Assembly (NCBI GenBank): GCA_964511015.1
Contig: CAZEDX010000005.1
Span: forward strand, 21,171-85,170
DNA length: 64,000 bases
Reading direction: 5' to 3'
Source of the DNA: an uncultured bacterium
Lineage (GTDB): Bacteria > Lernaellota > Lernaellaia > Lernaellales > Lernaellaceae
The notes beneath the pieces were generated by a model, which was not told where the DNA came from, searched no databases, and saw only the letters and a list, made by a program, of their open reading frames with translations. The number at the start of each line of letters is the position of its first letter. Position 1 is the first letter of the stretch. This document shows, piece after piece, positions 18,548 to 26,315 of the stretch. The position numbers and the translations under genes were made by a program.

Positions 18548-19177
18548 GTGAGTCGCATACTGACCGTCATCCTGACCCTCTTGTTGCTCGGCGCATGGGT
18601 ATTGGGAGTGGTGGTAGACAGCGACTACGACGAAGCGACCGCGATCCAACTTGGCTTCCTTTGGTTCCTCGCCGCCCTGGCTCTATCGTGGAACACCAGA
18701 CGCCGCTGGCTCAAAGTCACCGCCCTGCTACTGCTGGTGGCCGTCATGCTGACGTTGGGCGTGCTGGCGCGCCGTGGGGGGGTGTACCGCACCAACGCGC
18801 GCGTTTTACTGGCCCAAAATATGCTCGAACAAGTGGCACGTTCGCTGAACACATATCGGGCAAGCGGTCAAAATCTGCCCACCGGCGATTGGATGTCGAC
18901 GGCGCAGTTGCTGCAGCAGACCGGTAGCTGGCAGATCCTGCGCATCCCCTATCAAGGGCGAACGGAAACGGCCGACTTCGCCACCATTCCACGATCCGAT
19001 CCGTGGGGATGCCGCTATCGCTATCAGGCTTCTGGTGAGCGTTTCACCTTGGCGAGTTCGGGTCCGGACCGGCGGTGGAACACACCGGACGATCTGGTGG
19101 TGAACGACGGCACTCCCCTGCCCGCCGCCCCTCGGCCACTACCAGTATTCGCGCTGTCGAAAAAAATGACGCGGTAG
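18548..19177 (+). CDS. Membrane protein with a C-terminal T2SS GspG-like pseudopilin domain but no prepilin leader.
   Basis: Three N-terminal TM helices. C-terminus ...DPWGCRYRYQASGERFTLASSGPDRRWNTPDDLVVND matches the GspG C-terminal signature (DPWGNPYxY...sGpDg...DDi). No GFTLIE-type cleavage motif. Confidence 0.5.
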   Translation: MSRILTVILTLLLLGAWVLGVVVDSDYDEATAIQLGFLWFLAALALSWNTRRRWLKVTALLLLVAVMLTLGVLARRGGVYRTNARVLLAQNMLEQVARSLNTYRASGQNLPTGDWMSTAQLLQQTGSWQILRIPYQGRTETADFATIPRSDPWGCRYRYQASGERFTLASSGPDRRWNTPDDLVVNDGTPLPAAPRPLPVFALSKKMTR

Positions 19178-19178
19178 T

Positions 19179-20816
19179 CTAGGCCTTTTTTTCATCTTCC
19201 TCGACCGGTCCAGCGAACACACAGACGCGATTGCGCCCCTGATGCTTGGCGTTGTACAGCGCCGCGTCGGCCGCGCCGATCAACTCGCGGACGCCGGCGG
19301 CGTGTTGCGGGAAGCTGGCCACGCCGAGGCTGATGGTGATCGATTGCGGCAGTCCCTCGATGCGCAGGCCTTCCACCGCCTTGCGCACGCGCTCGGCCAT
19401 GACCACCGCGCCATCGGCGTCGGTTTCCGGCAAGATCACCGCGAACTCCTCGCCGCCGAACCGGGACGGCGTGTCCATCTCGCGCGCGTTGCTGCGCAAG
19501 ACGCCGGCGACGGTCTGCAACACCACATCACCCATTTGGTGACCGTAGGTGTCGTTGACCGATTTGAAGCGGTCGAGATCGCACATGACCAACGACATCT
19601 TGTGGCCGTAGCGCTTTGAGCGACGGATTTCACCTTCCAGTTTCAGGTTGAAATAGCGCCGGATATACAAGCGCGTCAGCTCGTCGGTGATGGCCATTTC
19701 ATAGAGCTGCGCGTTGTTGATGGCGACGGCGGCTTGGTTGGCCAGAGCGGTGAGCAATTCGAGATCCTGCGGCGAGAATCCGCGCCCGCTGGCCTTGTTG
19801 GTGATGTTGATCACGCCGATCGGCTCGTCGGACGCAATCAACGGCACACAGAGAATCGACTGCACGTTGGAATCGTTGTTGCGCACGTAGCGGTCGTCAT
19901 CGTCGGTGGCGTTGGCGATGATCGGCTGCCTGGTCTGGAATACCTTGCCCGCGATGCCTTCACCCACGTCAAAGGAGCGACACGCCAGGGCGCCGGAATT
20001 GATCGCTTCCTCGGTCTTCAGGTCGGGCAAACCTTTGACCACCCGCACGACCAGACGGCCGGAGTTCTGGTCGAGCAACATCAGCGAGCCCTTTTGCGCC
20101 TCCGTCGTTTCAATGGCCTGTCCGAGAATGAATTTAAGCAGGTTTTTCAGGTCGTTGATGTGAATCAGCGCGCGACCGATGTTGTACAGAATAGAAAGAT
20201 TCTTGACCGTCTTGTCCAACTGCGCCCGATCGCGTTCGTTTTTCTCGTAGAGCATGGCGGTGGTGATGGCGACCGCCGCCTGTTCCGCCGAAACGTGCAG
20301 GAATTCGATCTCGTCGTCGCGGTACGGCTTGCCGTCGTGCTTTTCACCGACGCTGAGCAACCCCACCACCTTCCCCTGGTGGATCAGCGGCACAAAGACA
20401 ACGCTGCGTAACTGATGGAGACCGTATTGGCTGAAGGGGATCTTGTAGCGCGGCACGCCTTCGCTGTCGGCCGTGACAAACGGCTTCCCTTGCAGAATCG
20501 CCCGCCATAACAGGCCTTCCTGCCGCGGGAAGGAGAAGTCTGCCGGCAAGCTCTCAGGCAAACCGAATCCCTTGCGCAAGACGAACTGCTCGTTGGTGTC
20601 GTCGAGTGCAAATAGCGCCAATGTCGCGGCGCCGAAGCGCTCCCGGACAATACTGGCGTAAACGCTAAACAGCTCGTTGACCCCCAGCAGGTTGTCCAGC
20701 GCCCGACCGGCCTGAAGCAGGTTGGTAAGGTCAAACACGCGATGTTCCAGACCGATGATCTTCTCGGACAGCGCCGACAGTTCAGTTTGGTCAGTCAGTT
20801 TCTTTTTGGCGGGCAT
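19179..20816 (-). CDS. GAF-GAF-GGDEF diguanylate cyclase.
   Basis: C-terminal ...RFGGEEFAVILPETD... (active GGEEF). Two GAF-like regions precede it. 545 aa. Confidence 0.85.
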   Translation of the reverse strand: MPAKKKLTDQTELSALSEKIIGLEHRVFDLTNLLQAGRALDNLLGVNELFSVYASIVRERFGAATLALFALDDTNEQFVLRKGFGLPESLPADFSFPRQEGLLWRAILQGKPFVTADSEGVPRYKIPFSQYGLHQLRSVVFVPLIHQGKVVGLLSVGEKHDGKPYRDDEIEFLHVSAEQAAVAITTAMLYEKNERDRAQLDKTVKNLSILYNIGRALIHINDLKNLLKFILGQAIETTEAQKGSLMLLDQNSGRLVVRVVKGLPDLKTEEAINSGALACRSFDVGEGIAGKVFQTRQPIIANATDDDDRYVRNNDSNVQSILCVPLIASDEPIGVINITNKASGRGFSPQDLELLTALANQAAVAINNAQLYEMAITDELTRLYIRRYFNLKLEGEIRRSKRYGHKMSLVMCDLDRFKSVNDTYGHQMGDVVLQTVAGVLRSNAREMDTPSRFGGEEFAVILPETDADGAVVMAERVRKAVEGLRIEGLPQSITISLGVASFPQHAAGVRELIGAADAALYNAKHQGRNRVCVFAGPVEEDEKKA

Positions 20817-20949
20817 GAATACCTCGTTGGGTTCAATTGGTTTTTTTTATCACGTTCCGCCGTCCCGGAACAAGCAAACCCCCTGGCTTCGTTTGACAGA
20901 TACCGGCCCGGCAGTGATATTTTCAAAAAAACGGAAGTGAGGATACCCG

Positions 20950-21240
20950 ATGACCCGTACCGAAATCATATGTGCACTTGTCGCCATGTTGCTGGTACTG
21001 GTCATTGCGGCAGCGACACCCTTTTCCCCCAGGGCAGATGACCGGGCGGACGATGACACCGTCGACGACGATACGATTGACGACGACGCACTCGACGATG
21101 ACACCCTTGACGATGATACCCTCGATGACGACACCCTCGATGACGACACGGCTGACGACGACACCGCGGACGACGACACGTTGAGCGAACGGCCATATAC
21201 CCACACTCTGCAGTTGAGCGACGGCGGCTGCGGCTGCTGA
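20950..21240 (+). CDS. 96-aa secreted or membrane-tethered mini-protein that is essentially signal/TM segment + (DDDTx)n repeats + C-terminal GGCGC.
   Basis: MTRTEIICALVAMLLVLVIAAATPFSPRADDRADDDTVDDDTIDDDALDDDTLDDDTLDDDTLDDDTADDDTADDDTL...SDGGCGC*. GGAAGTGAGGA RBS 5 nt upstream. Confidence 0.65.
   Translation: MTRTEIICALVAMLLVLVIAAATPFSPRADDRADDDTVDDDTIDDDALDDDTLDDDTLDDDTLDDDTADDDTADDDTLSERPYTHTLQLSDGGCGC
21034..21190 (+). repeat. 15-nt tandem repeats encoding DDDT(L/A/I).
   Basis: gacgatgacacccttgacgatgataccctcgatgacgacaccctc... read directly. Confidence 0.8.
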
Positions 21241-21248
21241 AGCCCGCC

Positions 21249-22685
21249 CTATTCCGTCAGTTCCTCGCGGCGTTTGCCAAAAATGTATTTGATGAATTTG
21301 ATGAATGAGCCGCCGAAATAGCGCAAGTCGTCCATACTGCGCAGCAGCTTCAGTTTGCGCCACACGAAACCGGGGCGCAGGTAGATGCGCCGGTACATTC
21401 CCCGCTGCAAGCGAATCAGATCGGCGGGCGAAAAGTGATGGGTGTGCCATACCGGCTCACCGCGCACGATGTCGTATTCGTCCCAGTCCTCGCTTTCGAC
21501 CAACCCTTCCTCGGTCATGACCCGGTGCAAGTCGGTGCCCGGATACGGCACCGCCACGTAGACCATGACAAAATCGGGTTTGATCCGCAGCATCAACCGG
21601 AACGTTTGCTCCACTTCGGCCGGTGTTTCCGACGGGTGTGAGCCGATCATAACAAAAGCGCTGGTCAAAATTCCCGCCCGGTGCGCCGCCGCGAATGCCG
21701 CCTCGATTTGCTCGAGCGTGATGCGTTTGCGGACGGCTTCCAGCATTCGCGGGCTGCCGCTTTCGACGCCGAAGGCGATTTTGACGCAGCCCGAGTCGGC
21801 CATCAGTTGCAGCAGTTCCTGATCCACATTACTGACGCGGCTGTCGCAGTCCCAGGAGACACCGAGTTCATGCAACCCATGACAGATATCAATCAGCCGC
21901 TCCCGGCCGTAGGTGAAGGTGTCGTCGTCGATGGTGAAGTGGTCGACGCCGTAGCGTTCGACACATTCCCGCACTTCGTCGAGAACATGGCGCGCGGAGC
22001 GAAAGCGAACCTTGCCGCGGTGGGTGACAAACGAGCCGCAGAAGAAACAATGAACCGGGCAACCGCGGCTGGTGAACAACTCGGTGATGTTGCGCAGCTT
22101 GCTGGAAAGCCCGGGGCTCGAACTCCCCTGATAGAGCGAGAAGTCAATCAGGTCGCGCGCCGGGAACGGCAGTTGGTCGAGGTTTGCCAGCATCTCACGC
22201 ACGGGTCCCCGGCGGATGTCGCCGTCCTCGCGATACACCGTGCCCGGCACTCCGCGCAGCACCCTATCCCCTCGCTGGATCGATTGGCATAGATCGGCCA
22301 GCGCTTGTTCTCCTTCGCCGATTACTCCCACGTCAAACGCCGAGAACTCCGCCAACGTCCGTTCGGGAATGGCCGACAGGTGCGGCCCGCCGACGAGCGT
22401 CACGATGTCGCGGCTGAAGTCTTTCACCACCCCCGCGAGCCGCGCCGCGCTGTTGACGATGGGGGTCATGGCCGTGAAGCCGACCGCGTCCGGCGCGAAC
22501 CGCGCTAGTTGGGACCGCAGTTGATCGGGGTGATAGCGCATCACGCCGTAATCCCAGATCTCGACCGTGGTTCCGACACGTTCGCGCACATATGCCGCGA
22601 GTTGGGCCAGATTAATCGGATGCTGGCACACCTCGGACGCGATGGAGAGCATCGGTTCCGGCGGTCGGACAAGGGCGAGTCTCAT
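21249..22685 (-). CDS. B12-binding-domain radical SAM enzyme (class B rSAM).
   Basis: N-terminal cobalamin-binding-like domain. CxxxCxxC: TSRGCPVHCFFCGS. Start chosen at MRLALVRPP, which has a GAGGG RBS. Confidence 0.8.
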   Translation of the reverse strand: MRLALVRPPEPMLSIASEVCQHPINLAQLAAYVRERVGTTVEIWDYGVMRYHPDQLRSQLARFAPDAVGFTAMTPIVNSAARLAGVVKDFSRDIVTLVGGPHLSAIPERTLAEFSAFDVGVIGEGEQALADLCQSIQRGDRVLRGVPGTVYREDGDIRRGPVREMLANLDQLPFPARDLIDFSLYQGSSSPGLSSKLRNITELFTSRGCPVHCFFCGSFVTHRGKVRFRSARHVLDEVRECVERYGVDHFTIDDDTFTYGRERLIDICHGLHELGVSWDCDSRVSNVDQELLQLMADSGCVKIAFGVESGSPRMLEAVRKRITLEQIEAAFAAAHRAGILTSAFVMIGSHPSETPAEVEQTFRLMLRIKPDFVMVYVAVPYPGTDLHRVMTEEGLVESEDWDEYDIVRGEPVWHTHHFSPADLIRLQRGMYRRIYLRPGFVWRKLKLLRSMDDLRYFGGSFIKFIKYIFGKRREELTE

Positions 22686-22752
22686 TGGTTCCCTCGCTGT
22701 TTTCGCATAATGAGCGCGGGGGATTATAGTCGCCCGGCGCCGTTTGGCCAAA

Positions 22753-23448
22753 TCAGGTCAGCCGTACCGGACAATTCTCACAACGGGGCCGGGTCTTGCG
22801 GCAGAAATCCTTACCGACGTAGACAATCTGGGCGTGGAACTCGCCGAAGAATTCGGCGTCATGGTCCAGCGTCCGGTGAAAAAGTTCCTGCAGCGGTTGA
22901 TACGCAACGTCCTCCGCCACCGCGCCCATACGCGACAGAATGCGCCGGGTATACGCATCCACTACAAAAATCGGCTGGCGGGCGGCGTAGAGAATCATCG
23001 AGTCAGCGGTCTCCGGCCCAATGCCCTTAAGCGCCAGCAACTCGGCCCGCAGCACGTTCGTCGGCTGGCCGAGCATCGCACGCAAACTGCCCCGATGACG
23101 GCGGGCCAAATGTTGGCAAAACTCCCGCAACCGCGCCGATTTCTGGTTGTAGTACCCGGCCGGTCGCACCGCTTCGGCCAGAGCCGCCGGAGACGCTCCG
23201 AGCATGCCGCGAACGCTCAACATACGACGCGATTTGAGATTGGCGATGGCCTTCTCGACGTTGGTCCAGGCGGTGTTTTGGGTCAGAATTGCGCCGACAC
23301 AGATCTCGAAATCGGTATCGCCCGGCCACCAGCACAACGGACCGAAGTAGGCGAAGGCGGCCTCGTAGATGGCCAACAACCGCCGGCGAATCTCAACCTT
23401 TGAGCGGGGCGAGTTGATCGATGGCCAAGAAGCCGTGCAGCCATACAT
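22753..23448 (-). CDS. nth: Endonuclease III-like HhH-GPD base-excision glycosylase with an Fe-S cluster loop.
   Basis: ...ICVGAILTQNTAWTNVEKA...LKGIGPETADSMILYA... and C-terminal CRKTRPRCENCPV. The start is uncertain because it overlaps the upstream small ORF. Confidence 0.65.
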   Translation of the reverse strand: MYGCTASWPSINSPRSKVEIRRRLLAIYEAAFAYFGPLCWWPGDTDFEICVGAILTQNTAWTNVEKAIANLKSRRMLSVRGMLGASPAALAEAVRPAGYYNQKSARLREFCQHLARRHRGSLRAMLGQPTNVLRAELLALKGIGPETADSMILYAARQPIFVVDAYTRRILSRMGAVAEDVAYQPLQELFHRTLDHDAEFFGEFHAQIVYVGKDFCRKTRPRCENCPVRLT

Positions 23449-23656
23449 CGCGGATACCTGTGGCGCCGAGACAGTCCACGCACAGGCCGATTTCCTGCGG
23501 ATCGGAGAGCTGCAGGTAGACCAGCGGACCGTTGGCGTTGTCTTTCGTCTCAACCTGTTTCACCTTGCCCGTGTGCAACCGGAAGCCATCCACCCGCGCG
23601 GCGTGGTTGTTATGAACTGTATCTTCAATTTTGCGTCCGCAACGAACGCAACGCAT
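23393..23656 (-). CDS. Small Cys-rich (zinc-ribbon-like) hypothetical protein.
   Basis: MRCVRCGRKIED...CVDCLG. An 87-aa ORF on the same strand as nth, in another frame. Confidence 0.35.
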   Translation of the reverse strand: MRCVRCGRKIEDTVHNNHAARVDGFRLHTGKVKQVETKDNANGPLVYLQLSDPQEIGLCVDCLGATGIRDVWLHGFLAIDQLAPLKG

Positions 23657-23742
23657 GAAGTGCCCCGGTCAAATTTCGCCTAATATACCGGGTGGTACTG
23701 CATCTGTCACGCAGGACGGAGGCGACGGGCCTCAGGCAAGGT

Positions 23743-26262
23743 TCAGCACCCACAGCCTTCGGCGGAATGCCGGTCGTCGTCTTGATCCGCAGGCGACGAA
23801 TCGTCATCGGCCGCATCGTCATCTGACGAGTCATCGTCGTCGGCATCGTCATCGCTCGGCGGCGGCTCGTCCGCCGGTTCCACGGTCAAGGATAGCTCCC
23901 GGTACGACCAGCCGCTATCCGTCGTGGCCAGCACGATTGCCTCGTAGCGACCGGCGTGCGACGGCGTCCAGCGGATCGTGCCGCCACTGACCGTCGCTTC
24001 GGCCAACCCGTATACCGCCACTTCCGCCCCGTCGGCTACCGCATAGGTCCACTCCTCGGCCGCTTTCAAGCGGGTCGTGGACGGTTCGAGAATCGACGGC
24101 GCGGTGAAGCCCACGGCTTCGGGCGGCTGTTTGCCCAGATGCCGGCGCAGGGAATTCGTTTGCATCAGACTGAGTTGGTACCGGTCGTGGAAAAGAGCAT
24201 CCCACAACAAACGGTCTGCTTCGGCCAACGCGGCCTCGTTGGGAAGCCCACTCATCAACGAACTCAGATAGTCGAGCAATCGCAGCAAGGCCTGTCCTTC
24301 GTCGGTCAGCCGGTCGCAGGGGAACCACAGGTCATCCACCAGAGAGACATCGAGCGTGCTGTGGTGCAGACGATTCTGGGTGGTTGCCATTTCGGCGGCA
24401 ATGTGCATTAGCGCACTCCCCGCGGTGACCAGCGTTTGCCGGGAGCCGTCGGGCAACTCATCCTCCAGTTGCTCAATGGCTTCATTCATCGCACGGTTGT
24501 TGGGGAAGTTCAGGCCGTCAAACCCCAACGCCCCGTTTCCGTAGAAGGTTTCGGCCATATAGACCGCCAGTTGCCGGTCGTGTTCGGATAACGCCGCCTC
24601 TCGCGCAGCGGGACCCAGAGCGTCGTCGGGCTCGTAGTCGGCGGCATTGCGCAGATACAGCGCGTACGTGCCGAGCATAAGGCGATTGGCGGCGCCGAGG
24701 ATCATCGGGTTGGTCACGATGCCAACCACCGCGTCGACCAGATCGGCGCTGCGGTTCTGGTAAGGCGCGAGATATACCTTGCCCATGAAGCCATCGCCGC
24801 CGTCGGTGCCGTTTTCGTTGTCCCAGATGGCCGGCTCGCGCCCCAGGCGCGAAGTCACGTCGATCAGATCGGCCGCCTCAAGGGTCGGACTAAACGTGTC
24901 GGTCCCGGTCCACATCACTTCGATCTGCGGGTCGAGTTCGGCACAGACATCCAGGTATTCGGAGCCGCCCGGCCAATCGTTTTGCCGTTGGCTCGAATAC
25001 ACCGTGGGTACGACCCACAGCGCCACGTCTTCGCCGGCCATGGCGGAAAGTTCGCCCCGCAGCCAGTTGGCCAGGGCCACGTGTTGGGCGGCCAACTCAC
25101 CGTCGATCGGCACTCCGACGTCTCCTTCGATGTCATCGAGCAACAAAGTGAAATGGCGAAAACCTCCTTCGACAAACGGCTGGAGCTTAGCCAACAGGGT
25201 CGCCTTTTCCACAGGGTCGTCCATGTCCATGTCTTTGCCCGGACTGATGCCGAAAGAGAAGGTAACGCCGACCATTGCGCCCAGGTGCAGCAGTTCGACA
25301 AAGCGCGCCACCGCTTGGTCATCGTAGGGCGTGCGCCATTCGTCGCGGTGCAACGGATCGTTCTTGGGGCCGTAGATATACAGCCCCAGTCCCAGGCGAG
25401 CCAAGAACGTCATCATGGCCCGGCGCTCGGCATGCGACCACGGCCGGCCGTAAAAGCCTTCCACCACGCCGCTGTTTTCGAGCAGTGGCGCCTCGCGGCT
25501 GGGCAAATCGACAACCTGTTCCGGGCCCACCGAACCGTCCTCGGCAACCGGCACCAACACGGCTTGCATTCCGGCCGACAGCGGGAGAGGGCCGAGCCAC
25601 GCCTCCCGCGGCATGGCCGTCCCGACCAACGACCAGCGGTCGACGTCAGTATCGCCCGAGTCAACGAAATGAATCTCCACGTGATGGACATACTCGCTGG
25701 CTTGTTTCCAATCCAGGCGCAGACCCGTGGCAACTTGCCGCGCACTCACGTTCGAGATTTCCGGCAAGCCGTCGACGGGCGCGGCATACACATGGAACTC
25801 ACGGAGATTGCCCGGACCGGCATCGCGCACCTCGACCTCGACACAATACGCCTCGGCGGGCTCGCCAAAGGCCAACGGCTGATCAAGATACTTCCACACT
25901 TGCTCGACCAACACCCGGCCACCACAGTATTCGCGGGCGCGAACCGTGACCGCGCCGTTTGGTTTGGTTTCCCATTCGGCGTCGAGTTGCGCCAGATGCG
26001 GCGCTGGTCCGCCAAGCGGCGCAAAATCGAACGACAGCGTCGCAATGCCTTGACGCGGCGTCTTCCAGCCGGTGTCCGGATCGTCATCGCGCACGGTGTA
26101 TGGCGCGTCATCGGTTTCGCGCGGCCACATCAGCAAAAAGGTCGGCTGGGTACCCGAAGCGGTCACGCGTGCAAACGGGACCAGATCGAGCGGTGCGGCC
26201 TGAACGGCCGCCGCGCTCAGCACTAAGACGGCCCACACTAGCAACAAGTGTTTCATTGGCAT
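23743..26262 (-). CDS. Secreted GH84-family beta-N-acetylglucosaminidase (O-GlcNAcase/hyaluronidase-like) with a C-terminal poly-Asp tail ending EGCGC.
   Basis: Signal MKHLLLVWAVLVLSAAAVQA. GH84 catalytic block VVEGFYGRPWSHAERRAMMTFLARLGLGLYIYGPKNDPLHRDEWRTPY...FRHFTLLLDDIEG (DD catalytic pair). Tail ...SDDDADDDDSSDDDAADDDSSPADQDDDRHSAEGCGC*. Confidence 0.8.
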   Translation of the reverse strand: MPMKHLLLVWAVLVLSAAAVQAAPLDLVPFARVTASGTQPTFLLMWPRETDDAPYTVRDDDPDTGWKTPRQGIATLSFDFAPLGGPAPHLAQLDAEWETKPNGAVTVRAREYCGGRVLVEQVWKYLDQPLAFGEPAEAYCVEVEVRDAGPGNLREFHVYAAPVDGLPEISNVSARQVATGLRLDWKQASEYVHHVEIHFVDSGDTDVDRWSLVGTAMPREAWLGPLPLSAGMQAVLVPVAEDGSVGPEQVVDLPSREAPLLENSGVVEGFYGRPWSHAERRAMMTFLARLGLGLYIYGPKNDPLHRDEWRTPYDDQAVARFVELLHLGAMVGVTFSFGISPGKDMDMDDPVEKATLLAKLQPFVEGGFRHFTLLLDDIEGDVGVPIDGELAAQHVALANWLRGELSAMAGEDVALWVVPTVYSSQRQNDWPGGSEYLDVCAELDPQIEVMWTGTDTFSPTLEAADLIDVTSRLGREPAIWDNENGTDGGDGFMGKVYLAPYQNRSADLVDAVVGIVTNPMILGAANRLMLGTYALYLRNAADYEPDDALGPAAREAALSEHDRQLAVYMAETFYGNGALGFDGLNFPNNRAMNEAIEQLEDELPDGSRQTLVTAGSALMHIAAEMATTQNRLHHSTLDVSLVDDLWFPCDRLTDEGQALLRLLDYLSSLMSGLPNEAALAEADRLLWDALFHDRYQLSLMQTNSLRRHLGKQPPEAVGFTAPSILEPSTTRLKAAEEWTYAVADGAEVAVYGLAEATVSGGTIRWTPSHAGRYEAIVLATTDSGWSYRELSLTVEPADEPPPSDDDADDDDSSDDDAADDDSSPADQDDDRHSAEGCGC

Positions 26263-26315
26263 CCCCATAGAGCCAGGGGTTCGCGACGGATCGCTATTCG
26301 TCGGCAACTCTCTTC

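Noticed and set aside
20817-20949. Possible sigma-54 promoter (tggcttcgtttgaca) upstream of the Asp-repeat mini-gene.
   Set aside because: The GG-to-GC spacing and the -12 element (GA instead of GC) do not fit the TGGCAC-N5-TTGC consensus.
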